A stretch of DNA of 62,402 nt from Hyphomicrobiales bacterium (GTDB lineage: Bacteria > Pseudomonadota > Alphaproteobacteria > Rhizobiales > Xanthobacteraceae), in contig JBIQKQ010000001.1 in the NCBI GenBank assembly GCA_044506365.1, positions 1 to 62,402 on the forward strand, in the 5' to 3' direction. The notes beneath the pieces are model-generated. The model searched no databases and was not told the DNA's origin. It was given only the letters and a program-made list of their open reading frames with translations. The position numbers and the translations under genes were made by a program. Of this stretch, positions 50,454-62,402 are shown one piece after another; the stretch's first letter is position 1, and each line of letters opens with the position of its first letter.

Positions 50454-51806
50454 ATGACTAAAACGAAACCGGTTCATTCGCTTGCCGTCACCCGCCGCCG
50501 GGCGCTCCTGCTCGGGGCGGGTGCGATCGGCGCCGCCTCGACGTTGCGGCTGCGCGAAGCCGCCGCGCAGGTGCGCCTGCAGATCACCGAAGGCAATTTC
50601 CAGCCGATGCCGATCGCAATTCCGGATTTCTTCGGCAACGCCAACGACAGCGAGACCGCGCGCAACGTCTCGGCCATTGTGACCAATAACCTGCGTCGCT
50701 CCGGCCTGTTCGCGCCGATCGATCCGGCCGCCTTTATCGAGAAGCTCAAGAGCGCCGACGTGGCGCCGAACTATCCGGACTGGCGTGCGATCAAGGCGCA
50801 GGCGCTGGTCGCTGGCCAGGTCGTGCGGCAGGGCGACGGACGCCTGCATGCGCGCTTTCGTCTCTACGACGTGTTCGGCGGCGTGCAGCAGGCCGGACAG
50901 CAATACACCACGACCCCGGAGAACTGGCGGCGCATCGGGCACATCATTTCGGATGCGATCTACGAACGCCTGACAGGCGACAAGGGATATTTCGACACCC
51001 GCGTCGTGTTCGTCGACGAAAGCGGGCCGAAGGACCGCCGCGTCAAACGGCTTGCGATCATGGATCAGGACGGCGCCAATGTGCGCTATCTGACGCGCGG
51101 CGACGATCTCGTGCTCACGCCGCGCTTCTCGCCCTCGACGCAGGAAATCACCTACATGTCGTTCGGGCAGGGCGACCCGCGCGTTTATCTTCTCAATATC
51201 GAAACCAACCAGCGCGAGATTGTCGGAAACTTCCCCGGCATGACGTTCTCGCCGCGCTTCTCGCCGGACGGCCAGCGCGTGATCATGAGCCTGCAGCAAG
51301 GCTCGAACTCCAACCTGTTCGTGATGGATCTGCGCTCGCGCGCCACGACGCGCCTGACGCAATCGCCGGCCATCGATACGGCGCCGTCCTATTCGCCGGA
51401 CGGCTCGCAAATCTGTTTCGAATCCGACCGCGGCGGTTCGCAGCAGATCTACATCATGCCATCGACCGGGGGACAGGCGCAGCGCATCAGCTTCGGCGAA
51501 GGCTCTTATTCGACGCCGGTCTGGTCGCCGCGCGGCGACACCATCGCCTTCACCAAGCAAGGTGGCGGGCGGTTCGCCATCGGCATCATGCGCACCGACG
51601 GCTCGGGCGAGCGCATTCTCACGGAAGGGTTCCACAACGAGGGCCCGACCTTCGCGCCCAACGGCCGGGTCATCATGTTTTTCCGCGAGGGCGGCGGGCA
51701 GAGCGGGCCTTCTTTGTATTCGGTGGATATCACTGGCCGCAACGAGCAGCGCATTCCAACGCCGAGTTTCGCATCTGATCCGGCCTGGTCGCCGCTGTTG
51801 TCGTGA
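50454..51806 (+). CDS. tolB: TolB
   Basis: [18 protein letters not shown]40 repeats (PRFSPDG, PSYSPDG, PAWSP). Confidence 0.96.
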   Translation: MTKTKPVHSLAVTRRRALLLGAGAIGAASTLRLREAAAQVRLQITEGNFQPMPIAIPDFFGNANDSETARNVSAIVTNNLRRSGLFAPIDPAAFIEKLKSADVAPNYPDWRAIKAQALVAGQVVRQGDGRLHARFRLYDVFGGVQQAGQQYTTTPENWRRIGHIISDAIYERLTGDKGYFDTRVVFVDESGPKDRRVKRLAIMDQDGANVRYLTRGDDLVLTPRFSPSTQEITYMSFGQGDPRVYLLNIETNQREIVGNFPGMTFSPRFSPDGQRVIMSLQQGSNSNLFVMDLRSRATTRLTQSPAIDTAPSYSPDGSQICFESDRGGSQQIYIMPSTGGQAQRISFGEGSYSTPVWSPRGDTIAFTKQGGGRFAIGIMRTDGSGERILTEGFHNEGPTFAPNGRVIMFFREGGGQSGPSLYSVDITGRNEQRIPTPSFASDPAWSPLLS

Positions 51807-51898
51807 CGTTCCACGCCTGCGGCTGTTGCACGCGCGCAATGCTGTGCAAGCTTCGCGGCAATCTTCGCGTTGGCGATCAATCCGCCGCATTTTCGGCA

Positions 51899-51921
51899 TT
51901 AAGCCGATGCTAACCATTAAC
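51899..51921 (+). promoter_or_regulatory. Candidate CtrA box upstream of pal
   Basis: TTAA-gccgatg-CTAAC followed by CATTAAC. Confidence 0.5.
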
Positions 51922-52030
51922 AATGGTTTGCGGCGATCCGCCGCATTTCCGGGCGCTTTGCAAGGCTTGGTCAAGGTTGACGGAAGGTTCGCTTAACGAT
52001 CCGGGCTTAGAGCTTTCCGAGACGGATTGA

Positions 52031-52558
52031 ATGGAGTCACCGATGATTGCTGTGAGACAATCCCTGCGCGGTCTGAACATGCGCGGATTGCTGCGCACGG
52101 TCGGGCTGATCGCCGTATTCGGAGCCGCGCTTGCGGTGTCCGCCTGCGCGAACAAGCCGGGCGACCAGGTCGGCGCCGCCGGCGCCGCCGTTCCCGGCAG
52201 CCAGCAGGACTTCGTGGTCAATGTGGGCGATCGCGTGTTCTTCGAATCCGACCAGTCGACGCTGACGCCGCAGGCGCGCGCCACGCTCGACAACCAGGTG
52301 CAGTGGCTGAACCGCTATACGCAATACACCTTCACGATCGAAGGCCATGCCGATGAGCGCGGCACCCGCGAATACAACATCGCGCTCGGCGCCCGCCGCG
52401 CGCAGACGGTGCGCGAATATCTCGCCTCCCGCGGCATCAATCCGCAGCGCATGCGGACCATCTCCTACGGCAAGGAGCGTCCGGTTGCGGTGTGCGACGA
52501 CATTTCCTGCTGGTCGCAGAATCGCCGCGCCGTCACGGTGCTGAACGCGAGTTCGTAA
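52031..52558 (+). CDS. pal: Peptidoglycan-associated lipoprotein
   Basis: Lipobox VSAC; EGHADERGTREYNIALGARRA; SYGKERP; NRRA; start may be 52043 or 52079. Confidence 0.96.
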   Translation: MESPMIAVRQSLRGLNMRGLLRTVGLIAVFGAALAVSACANKPGDQVGAAGAAVPGSQQDFVVNVGDRVFFESDQSTLTPQARATLDNQVQWLNRYTQYTFTIEGHADERGTREYNIALGARRAQTVREYLASRGINPQRMRTISYGKERPVAVCDDISCWSQNRRAVTVLNASS

Positions 52559-52583
52559 ACCCGTCTCCTGACAAGCCTGGTGA

Positions 52584-52614
52584 AACCGGCGCCGCAAGGC
52601 GCCGGTTCGTTTTT
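52584..52614 (+). terminator. Intrinsic terminator after pal
   Basis: AACCGGCGCC-gcaa-GGCGCCGGTT-cg-TTTTT. Confidence 0.85.
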
Positions 52615-52700
52615 GCCGACGTCGAGCGATGCCGCCTTGACCGCAGCGCCGCCGCGTCCGGGTCTTGCCAAATTTTCAAGAGCGCGGAATTGTAGCCATC

Positions 52701-53846
52701 ATGCGCGCACATCCCCGATTCTTTTCAGTCCTAGCCCTCGCCGCCGCATTTCTCGCCGGATGCGAAGAGCCCAATCGCTACGTGCCGCCGCCGCCGCCGC
52801 AGGTGATGGTGGCCAATCCGCTGCGCATGAACGTGATCGGCTATCTCGAGGAAACCGGCACGCTCGCGGCCGTCAATACGGTCGATCTGGTGGCGCGCGT
52901 TCCGGGCTTCGTCACCGCGATTCATTACAAGGACGGCGCGCTGGTCAAAAAGGGCACGCTGCTGTTCGAGATCGAACCCGAGCCCTACAAGGTGAAATGG
53001 GAGCAGGCAAAGGCCGCCGAGGACGGTGCGCGGGCCCAGTTGCAGCAGGCGCAGGCCGAGTTCGAGCGGCGGGCCGATCTGCTCAAGCGCGAGGTCGGAA
53101 CCAAGGCCGATTATGACAAGGCGCTGGCGCAGCGCGACAGCGACAAGGCCAATCTCGAACAGGCGCAGGCCAATACCGAACTCGCCAAGATCAATTACGA
53201 ATACACCCAGGTCGTCGCGCCGTTCGATGGCATCGTCACCGCGCGCCTCATTTCGGTCGGCGAATATGTTGGCGCCAACAACCAACCGACCCAGCTCGCG
53301 ACTATCGTGCAGGTCGATCCGATCTGGGCGAACTTCAACATCAATGAGCAGAATGTGCAGCGCATTCGCGCCGAACGCGCGAAGATGGGCCTGACCTCGA
53401 ACGACGTCAGCAATATCCCGGTCGAGGTCGGTCTGCAGACCGATACCGGCTTTCCGTATAAGGGCCATCTCGACTACGCCGCGCCGACGCTGGTGGCCGG
53501 CACCGGTACGCTTGCGGTGCGCGGCATTATCCAGAATGCAAACGCAGCGCTCCTGCCCGGCTATTTCGTGCGCGTACGGGTGCCCGGTCCCGGACAGGAA
53601 CGGCTGCTCGTTCCCGATGTCGCGATCGGCGCGGACCAGGGTGGCCGCTATCTGCTGGTGGTCAATGCCGACAACGTGGTGGAGCAGCGGCCGATCACCG
53701 CCGGCCAGCATGTCGGTCCCTTGCGCGTGATCCTTGAGGGGCTGAAGCCGGACGATCGCGTGGTGGTCGACGGTTTGTTGCGGGCGATTCCCGGCCAGAC
53801 CGTCGATCCGAAGGAGCAGACGCTTACGCCGCCGAAACAATCCTGA
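52701..53846 (+). CDS. RND efflux periplasmic adaptor (lipoprotein)
   Basis: Lipobox LAGC; ARVPG, APFDG, LLPGYFVRV. Confidence 0.93.
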   Translation: MRAHPRFFSVLALAAAFLAGCEEPNRYVPPPPPQVMVANPLRMNVIGYLEETGTLAAVNTVDLVARVPGFVTAIHYKDGALVKKGTLLFEIEPEPYKVKWEQAKAAEDGARAQLQQAQAEFERRADLLKREVGTKADYDKALAQRDSDKANLEQAQANTELAKINYEYTQVVAPFDGIVTARLISVGEYVGANNQPTQLATIVQVDPIWANFNINEQNVQRIRAERAKMGLTSNDVSNIPVEVGLQTDTGFPYKGHLDYAAPTLVAGTGTLAVRGIIQNANAALLPGYFVRVRVPGPGQERLLVPDVAIGADQGGRYLLVVNADNVVEQRPITAGQHVGPLRVILEGLKPDDRVVVDGLLRAIPGQTVDPKEQTLTPPKQS

Positions 53847-53857
53847 TCCCGGGAGGC

Positions 53858-54021
53858 CTGGTGTGGTGCTTCGGAGATCCGATTCATTCCTACCGCGCGC
53901 ATCTCGAGCGCATTTGCGGTCCGGCCACACTGAAATCAGAGGTTTGCTGGTGTCCTTCGATTTCGAAGTCCGCTCACGAGCAAACCGCACAATGACGCGG
54001 ACTTCGGATTCGGGACGCAAG
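53858..54021. repeat. Two degenerate inverted-repeat (MITE-like) elements
   Basis: CTGGTGTGG...CCACACTG (53858-53932); CGAAGTCCGC-TCA...TGA-C-GCGGACTTCG stem inside CTGGTGTCC...GGGACGCAAG (53947-54021). Confidence 0.5.
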
Positions 54022-54023
54022 CG

Positions 54024-57000
54024 GTGATTTCCAAATTCTTCATCGAACGGCCGGTGCTCGCCAACGTCATCGCGATCCTGATGATCGTGGTCGGCCTGGT
54101 CGCGCTGCTCAATCTGCCGGTCGCGCAATATCCGGACGTCACCCCGCCGACCGTGCAGGTGACGACCCGCTATCCCGGCGCGAGCGCGCGCGTCGTGGTC
54201 GACACCGTGGCGCTGCCGATCGAGCAGCAGGTCAACGGCGTCGAGGACATGATCTACATGCAGTCCACCAGCGCGGCGGACGGCACCTATACCCTGACCG
54301 TGACCTTCAAGATCGGCACCGACCTGAATTTCGCGCAGGTGCTGGTGCAGAACCGCGTCTCCAGCGCGCTCTCGCAATTGCCGCAGGCGGTGCAGGCGCA
54401 GGGCGTGACGGTGCAGAAGAAATCCACCGCCATCCTGATGTTCGTGACGCTGACCTCGCCGGACCGCAGCCGGGACAGCCTCTATCTCGCCAATTACGGC
54501 ACGATCAACCTGCGGGACGAACTCTCGCGCGTGCCGGGCGTCGGCAATGTCAACGTGTTCGGCGCCGGGCAATATTCAATGCGGGTCTGGATGGACCCGA
54601 ACAAGCTGTACGGCTTCGGGCTGACGCCGCAGGACGTGATCCAGGCGCTGCAATCGCAGAGCCAGCAGGTTACGGCCGGCCAGATCGGCATTCCGCCGGT
54701 GCCGGCCGGACAGAATTTCCAGTACACGATCGACATCTCCGGCCGGCTCAGCGAAGTCGAGCAATATGAGAATGTCGTGGTGAAAACCGGCGACGGCGCC
54801 GGCGGGCAGCTGGTCCGCGTCAAGGATATCGGCCGGGTCGAACTCGGCGCGCAGACCTACAGTCAGATTTTCAACCAGGACGGACAGCCGGCGGCGGCGC
54901 TCGGCATTTTCCAGACGCCGGGCGCCAATGCGTTGCAGGTGCGCCAGCTGGTCGCCGAGAAGATGGCGGACCTCGCGAAAGCGTTCCCGCCCGGGATGCA
55001 GTACCAGATCCCGTTCGACACAACGAAATTCGTGAACGCATCGATCAACGAGGTTTACCACACGCTGATCGAGGCCGCGGTGCTGGTGCTGATCGTCATC
55101 CTGGTGTTCCTGCAGGACTGGCGGGCGATGCTGGTGCCTGCGACCACCGTGCCGGTGACGATCATCGGCGCGTTCGCCGCGATGTGGGCACTCGGCTTCA
55201 CCGTCAACCTCTCGACCCTGTTCGCGATCGTGCTGGCGATCGGCATCGTTGTCGACGACGCGATCGTGGTGGTGGAGGGCGCTGCGCATAACATCGAGCG
55301 CGGCATGAACGGCCATGACGCCGCCATCAGTGCGATGGACCAGCTGTTCGGCCCGATCATCGGCATCACCCTCGTGCTGATGTCGGTGTTCATTCCCGCC
55401 GCTTTCCTGCCCGGACTGACCGGACAGATGTATGCGCAATTCGCGCTGGTGATTGCCGCGACCGCGCTTCTCAGCGCGATCAACGCCGCGACGCTCAAGC
55501 CGACGCAATGCGCGCTGTGGCTGCGGCCTGCCGTTCCGCCGGAACAGCGCAATATCGTGTTCCGGGCCTTCAACCGCGTCTACGGCGCCTGCGAGCGCGG
55601 CTATCTGCGCCTGATCGGCGTGTTGGTGCGGCACGCGGGCGTCGCGACCGTGATCGCGCTCATGGTCATCGGCGCCGCCGGCTATGGACTGTCGCGGATT
55701 CCGACCGGGTTCCTGCCGATCGAGGACCAGGGCTATCTGCTCGCGACCGTGCAATTGCCCGACGGCGCCTCCCTCGAACGCACCAACGACACGCTGCAGC
55801 GCGTTGCGGAGATTGCCGGCAAGACGGCCGGCGTCGAATCGACGCTGGCGATCGCCGGCGTCTCGGCGCTCGACAACAACGCGACGCTCGCCAATGCGGG
55901 CGTCGTCTATATCGTGCTGAAAGACTGGGACGAACGCGGCAAGGACCAGCAATTGCTGCCGCTGTTCCAGAAGCTCTCGGCGGAATTCGACACGATCATG
56001 GATGCCAAGGTCGCCGTGCTGCCGCCGCCGCCGATCCAGGGCATCGGCAATGCCGGCGGCTTCACCATGATGGTGCAGCTGCGCGACGGCTCGTTCGACT
56101 TCACCAAGCTGCAGGCGATTACCAACCAGATCGTCAGCAATGCACAGTCGCAGAGCGGCCTGCAGCGGGTGCAGACCTCGTTCCGCGCCGACGTGCCGCA
56201 GCTGATTGTCGAAGTCGACCGGGTCAAGGCGCAAACCCTGTTCGTGCCGGTCGATGCGGTGTTCCAGACCATCGCCAGCTATCTCGGCTCGAGCTACGTC
56301 GCGCAGTTCAACAAGTTCGGCCGCACCTTCCAGGTCTATGTCCAGGCGGATTCGCAGTTCCGCGTGCAGCCGGACGATATCGGCCAGCTGTCGGTGCGTA
56401 GCACCAAGGGCGACATGGTCCCGATCGGCACGTTGGTGAAGATCACGCCTTCGGTCGGGCCGTCGCTGATCAATCTCTACAATCTCTATCCGGCCTCGAC
56501 CGTGATCGGTCTGCCGGCGTCGGGCTTCTCGTCGGGCGAAGCGATATCGTTGATGGAGCAGATCGCGCGGCGAACGCTGCCGCATGGCGCCGCCTTCGAA
56601 TGGACCGCGATGTCATTCCAGGAAAAGGCGGTCGGCAATCAGATGTACATCGTGTTCGCGCTGGCGATGCTGCTGGTCTATCTCGTGCTCGCCGGACAAT
56701 ACGAGAGCTGGTACGCGCCGATCTCGGTCATCCTGTCGGTCCCGCTGGCGCTTGTCGGGCCGGTGCTGGCGCTCAAGGGACTCAATGTCGACAACAACCT
56801 CTATACTCAGATCGGACTCGTGCTGCTGATCGCGCTCGCCGCCAAGAATGCGATCCTGATCGTGGAGGTGGCGCGCGAATTGCGCGTGCGCGACGGTAAG
56901 CCGATCCTCGACTCGGCGATCGGCGCGGCGCAGGCGCGCTTCCGGGCGATCCTGATGACCTCGTTCGCATTCATCATCGCCATGGTTCCGCTGGTGATGG

Positions 57001-57182
57001 CGACGGGGGCGGGCGCCAGCGCCCGCAAGTCGATCGGTCTCACCGTGTTCACCGGCATGATCGCTTCGACCTGCTTTGCGGTGCTGTTCGTGCCCTCGAT
57101 GTTTGTGATGATCCAGCGGTTCGAGGAATGGCTGGCGGCGCGCAAGAAAGCCAAGACGGCGGAGCCGAACCCGGCAGGGTGA
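54024..57182 (+). CDS. RND efflux permease (HAE1/AcrB family)
   Basis: [45 protein letters not shown]. Confidence 0.96.
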   Translation: MISKFFIERPVLANVIAILMIVVGLVALLNLPVAQYPDVTPPTVQVTTRYPGASARVVVDTVALPIEQQVNGVEDMIYMQSTSAADGTYTLTVTFKIGTDLNFAQVLVQNRVSSALSQLPQAVQAQGVTVQKKSTAILMFVTLTSPDRSRDSLYLANYGTINLRDELSRVPGVGNVNVFGAGQYSMRVWMDPNKLYGFGLTPQDVIQALQSQSQQVTAGQIGIPPVPAGQNFQYTIDISGRLSEVEQYENVVVKTGDGAGGQLVRVKDIGRVELGAQTYSQIFNQDGQPAAALGIFQTPGANALQVRQLVAEKMADLAKAFPPGMQYQIPFDTTKFVNASINEVYHTLIEAAVLVLIVILVFLQDWRAMLVPATTVPVTIIGAFAAMWALGFTVNLSTLFAIVLAIGIVVDDAIVVVEGAAHNIERGMNGHDAAISAMDQLFGPIIGITLVLMSVFIPAAFLPGLTGQMYAQFALVIAATALLSAINAATLKPTQCALWLRPAVPPEQRNIVFRAFNRVYGACERGYLRLIGVLVRHAGVATVIALMVIGAAGYGLSRIPTGFLPIEDQGYLLATVQLPDGASLERTNDTLQRVAEIAGKTAGVESTLAIAGVSALDNNATLANAGVVYIVLKDWDERGKDQQLLPLFQKLSAEFDTIMDAKVAVLPPPPIQGIGNAGGFTMMVQLRDGSFDFTKLQAITNQIVSNAQSQSGLQRVQTSFRADVPQLIVEVDRVKAQTLFVPVDAVFQTIASYLGSSYVAQFNKFGRTFQVYVQADSQFRVQPDDIGQLSVRSTKGDMVPIGTLVKITPSVGPSLINLYNLYPASTVIGLPASGFSSGEAISLMEQIARRTLPHGAAFEWTAMSFQEKAVGNQMYIVFALAMLLVYLVLAGQYESWYAPISVILSVPLALVGPVLALKGLNVDNNLYTQIGLVLLIALAAKNAILIVEVARELRVRDGKPILDSAIGAAQARFRAILMTSFAFIIAMVPLVMATGAGASARKSIGLTVFTGMIASTCFAVLFVPSMFVMIQRFEEWLAARKKAKTAEPNPAG

Positions 57183-57302
57183 GGGTTTCGCCGGTTGCCG
57201 CCCGCGCGAGGGGCCTGCGGCCGGCAACCCCCCAGTCATAATTTCGACGTGGCGGCGTCTATGTTATGGTGCTGGAAATCCCCGTGTTCGCAGAGTTGTC
57301 TC

Positions 57303-58361
57303 ATGCGCCCGAAGCCGCATTGGCCTGTTCTTGCTGCCTTGTTCCTGCTCGCAACCGCCGTTCCGGCTGCGGCGCAGATGTCGGCCTCCGATGTCGTCCT
57401 GCGTCTGGAAGCGCTGGAGAACCAGGTCCGCCAGCTCACCGGCCAGATCGAGCAATTGCAGCACCGCAACAATCAGCTTGAACAGCAATTGCGCGGCGCC
57501 GGCGTCGAGCCGGCGCGCGCGGCGCAGCCGCAGCGTCCGCAGTTTCAGACGCAGCCGCCGGTGCAGCAGCAGATGCCGCAGCCGGGGCGCCGCTCCGATG
57601 TCGATGTGACGCCCGGTCAAGTCGCCGACCCGCGCTATCCGGATCCGCGCTATGGTGCGGACCCGCGCGCCGCCGCGCCGGAGCCGAGCTACTCGCATCG
57701 CGATCCTCCCTATGCCGTCGCCACGCCCGGCGGCCATCGCGGTGATGCTTTCGATCCGAATGCCAATCCCACTGCGCCCGGCGCGCCGCGTCCGCTCGGT
57801 GCGCTCCCGCCCGGACAGCCCTCCGCCCCACTCGCCGAACCCGACGATGGCGCACGTGCCCCGGGCGCGCCGCTCGACCTCTCGCCGGAGGACCTGTCGC
57901 GCCGTGGAATCGCTCTGCCGCCGGCGCCTGATCGCCAGATGGGCGGAACCGGTGTCGCTGCGGTGCAGCCGTCCGCAAATTCGCCGCGCGAGGCGTTCGA
58001 TGCGGGCGTCGCCTATATCCGGCAGAAGGATTATGCCGCGGCCGAACAGACCTTCCGCGATTTCCTGCAGCGCTTCCCGTCCGACCGCCTCGCGGCCGAT
58101 GCGAATTACTGGCTCGGCGAAAGCCTGTTCAACCGCCGGCAATATCAGGACGCCGCCGAGGCCTATCTCGTCGTCACCACGAAATACGAAACCGCCTCGC
58201 GCGCGCCGGACGCGCTACTGCGCCTCGGCCAGTCGCTCGCTGCAATCCGTCAGAAGGAAATGGCCTGCGCCTCCTTCGCCGAGGTCGGCCGCAAATATCC
58301 GCGCTCGTCACTGACCGTGAAGCAGGCGGTCGAGCGGGAACAGAAGCGTGTCGGCTGCTGA
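57303..58361 (+). CDS. cpoB: Tol-Pal cell division coordinator CpoB/YbgF
   Basis: Signal peptide, coiled coil (LENQVRQLTGQIEQLQ), C-terminal TPRs (ANYWLGES; APDALLRLG). Confidence 0.9.
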   Translation: MRPKPHWPVLAALFLLATAVPAAAQMSASDVVLRLEALENQVRQLTGQIEQLQHRNNQLEQQLRGAGVEPARAAQPQRPQFQTQPPVQQQMPQPGRRSDVDVTPGQVADPRYPDPRYGADPRAAAPEPSYSHRDPPYAVATPGGHRGDAFDPNANPTAPGAPRPLGALPPGQPSAPLAEPDDGARAPGAPLDLSPEDLSRRGIALPPAPDRQMGGTGVAAVQPSANSPREAFDAGVAYIRQKDYAAAEQTFRDFLQRFPSDRLAADANYWLGESLFNRRQYQDAAEAYLVVTTKYETASRAPDALLRLGQSLAAIRQKEMACASFAEVGRKYPRSSLTVKQAVEREQKRVGC

Positions 58362-59460
58362 CGCGCAGCCGGTTTCCGTTGCCGAAGCGCGCAAGCTGTT
58401 CGCGCCACTGGCGAATGAAAGCGCTCTCGTCATCGCCGTCTCCGGCGGTCCGGATTCCACCGCGCTGCTTTGGCTCCTCTCGCGCTGGCGCGCATCGCGC
58501 AAGACCGGTCCTGCATTGCTCGCGGCCACGGTCGATCACGGCCTGCGCCCGGGGTCGCGCCGCGAAGCGCAGGACGTGAAACGCTTCGCCCAGGCTCTCG
58601 GGGTCGAGCATCGTACGCTGCATTGGCGCGGCGCCAAGCCGAAGACCGGTATTCAGGCGGCCGCCCGCAACGCACGCTATCGCCTTCTTGCCGATGCGGC
58701 GCGCCGGGCCGGCGCTGCGACCATCGTCACCGCGCATACGCTCGACGATCAGGCCGAGACCGTGCTGTTCCGCCTGATGCGTGGCAGCGGACTGTCGGGT
58801 CTGCAGGCGATGAGCGAATGCGCGCCTGATCCGGGCGGGACGGGCCTGTCGCTGGCACGGCCGTTCCTCGGCCTGTCCAAGGCGCGCCTCGTCGCAACGC
58901 TACGCAAGCGAGGCATTGCCTTCGCCGAAGATCCCAGCAATCGCGATCCGAAATACACGCGCGCACGGTTGCGCGGAATCATGCCCGCGCTCGCCGCGGA
59001 AGGATTGACGGCGGAGCGGCTCGGCACCCTTGCCCGGCGCCTGCAGCGCGCCGACGCCGCGCTCCGGCAGGCGGCCGTTGCCGCCGCCGCGCAGGTCGCG
59101 CTCACGACCCTGAATGGAGCCTCCGGCAAGTCGCGCCGGGTCGCGTTCGATCGCGAACGCTTCCTGAGCCTGCCGGCCGAAATCGCGCTGCGGCTGCTCG
59201 GCGGCGCGATCGTGGAAGCCGGCAACGAGGGGCCGGTCGAACTCGGCAAGCTGGAAATCCTGTTCGACGCCCTCGCGGCGTCCGGCGGATCGGCCTTTCG
59301 TCGGACCCTCGCCGGTGCCATGGTGACAGGCCGTGGCCGGGAACTTGCGGTCGAGCCCGCCCCGCCACGCAAGGTGAGGCCGCAAACGGCTTGCGCGCGC
59401 CGCATTCCCGCCTTAACCACGCGGAAAATTGGTCGCTTTGGCGAAACCGCGCCGGGCTAG
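58348..59460 (+). CDS. tilS: tRNA(Ile)-lysidine synthetase
   Basis: [34 protein letters not shown]. Confidence 0.95.
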   Translation: MSAADAQPVSVAEARKLFAPLANESALVIAVSGGPDSTALLWLLSRWRASRKTGPALLAATVDHGLRPGSRREAQDVKRFAQALGVEHRTLHWRGAKPKTGIQAAARNARYRLLADAARRAGAATIVTAHTLDDQAETVLFRLMRGSGLSGLQAMSECAPDPGGTGLSLARPFLGLSKARLVATLRKRGIAFAEDPSNRDPKYTRARLRGIMPALAAEGLTAERLGTLARRLQRADAALRQAAVAAAAQVALTTLNGASGKSRRVAFDRERFLSLPAEIALRLLGGAIVEAGNEGPVELGKLEILFDALAASGGSAFRRTLAGAMVTGRGRELAVEPAPPRKVRPQTACARRIPALTTRKIGRFGETAPG

Positions 59461-59680
59461 AATGCAGATCGCCGGAGCGGACCGGTGGTCCGCAAGCCCG
59501 GCTCGCCTGTCATTCGCCTTATCCATTCGCTTCGTCCATTCCCTTGGCAGGCGGGAAGGGCGGACATACATTGCTGCGGCGGGGGGTGGTCTCATTGGCA
59601 CCATATCCCGCCTCCTCCGAAAGCGAGCCGCCCTTGGGTTCCAAGTTGACCGGGCTGGAGCGCTTCAACAAGGAAACGTG

Positions 59681-61606
<1,926 letters not shown>

Positions 61607-61660
61607 CGATTTCGGTCGTTTTCGCGACAGCGGAGACACTCAAGCACTGCTCTCGACGAT

Positions 61661-61689
61661 GGTCCCCGCTTTGCGGGGGCCACTGTTTT
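61661..61689 (+). terminator. Hairpin after ftsH (terminator or REP half-element)
   Basis: GGTCCCCGC-ttt-GCGGGGGCC followed by ACTGTTTT. Confidence 0.5.
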
Positions 61690-61698
61690 GGGATCGCT

Positions 61699-61712
61699 AT
61701 GACCTAGATCAA
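61699..61712 (+). promoter_or_regulatory. FNR/FixK/NnrR-type box
   Basis: ATGAC-ctag-ATCAA versus consensus TTGAT-N4-ATCAA, upstream of nnrS. Confidence 0.55.
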
Positions 61713-61747
61713 GCCGGCTGCGCCGGTCGTGGCGTAGCGTTGCGGTT

Positions 61748-62402
61748 ATGACCATGCCGATGCCCGCCGCCCTTGAACGCCGGCGCAATTATGCCGGCCC
61801 CGCCATCTTCTCCTACGGGTTTCGCCCGTTCTTCTTTGGCGGCGCGTTGTGGGCCGCGCTGACCATCCTGATGTGGCTGCCGATGTATGCCGGCGCATGG
61901 CAATGGACCTCCGCCATCGCTCCGCTCGACTGGCATATCCACGAAATGCTGTACGGCTATGTGCCGGCGATCGTCGCCGGCTTTCTCCTGACCGCGATTC
62001 CGAACTGGACCGGGCGGCTTCCGGTCTGCGGGGCGCCGCTTGCGGCGCTGTTCGCGCTGTGGATCGCGGGGCGGATCGCCATGCTGACGACGGCCGGCGT
62101 CGGCGTTCCGCTTGCCGCTGCGATCGATTGCGCATTCCTGTTCGTTCTGCTGGCCGTCGCCGCCCGCGAAGTCATCGCCGGCAAGAACTGGCGCAACCTG
62201 CGTGTCCTCGTCATTGTCACGGTGCTGGCGCTCGGCAATGCCGTGTTCCACCTCGAGACCATCCGCACTGGCGCCGCCGGTTACGGCACCCGTGTCGGCA
62301 TCGCGCCGGTGATCCTGCTCATCAGTCTGGTCGGTGGCCGCATCGTTCCGCGCTTCACCAATAACTGGCTGGTGCGGGAAAATCCCGGGCGCCTGCCGAT
62401 CC
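61748..62402 (+). CDS. nnrS: NnrS family membrane protein, 3' end runs off the window
   Basis: Not in the ORF track. Manual translation: FSYGFRPFFFGGALWA..DWHIHEMLYGY..GFLLTAIPNWTGR..GGRIVPRFTNNWL. Confidence 0.9.
   Translation, partial: MTMPMPAALERRRNYAGPAIFSYGFRPFFFGGALWAALTILMWLPMYAGAWQWTSAIAPLDWHIHEMLYGYVPAIVAGFLLTAIPNWTGRLPVCGAPLAALFALWIAGRIAMLTTAGVGVPLAAAIDCAFLFVLLAVAAREVIAGKNWRNLRVLVIVTVLALGNAVFHLETIRTGAAGYGTRVGIAPVILLISLVGGRIVPRFTNNWLVRENPGRLPI

Overview
A high-GC alphaproteobacterial chromosome segment. The gene order points to Hyphomicrobiales, probably the Xanthobacteraceae/Bradyrhizobiaceae lineage (inference). The backbone is mostly conserved housekeeping: ispH-thrB-rnhA, prx/algH, an RgsP-like 7TM-PAS-GGDEF-EAL gene, DUF1192-rcdA, rpmE, tkt-gap-pgk-fba-thiE-sel1-efp-suhB, zauP-zapA-6S RNA-ygfA, yebC-ruvCAB, ybgC-tolQRAB-pal-cpoB-tilS-ftsH. 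Small accessory units interrupt this backbone: deacetylase+Bug, a TA pair, two tandem secreted hydrolases plus a Tat-exported MBL, BenE/TauE, an esterase, a PQQ dehydrogenase, a PhyH dioxygenase and an RND pump. I saw no tRNA, rRNA, CRISPR array, integrase or transposase. The most interesting observations are: (1) a structured ~95-nt sRNA with anti-SD-like motifs behind a perfect CtrA box, just upstream of rcdA; (2) an orphan MotA/MotB-like ion-motor pair, outside any flagellar, Tol or Ton context, followed by GNAT-antitoxin-toxin genes, where the RelE/ParE toxin is broken by a 1-nt frameshift; (3) a blasticidin-S-deaminase-like gene coupled between ruvA and ruvB; (4) a TetR-DUF2852 module with a perfect 25-bp operator palindrome and a related site over the tetR start codon. 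All product calls come from motif recognition and recalled family knowledge, not database searches.
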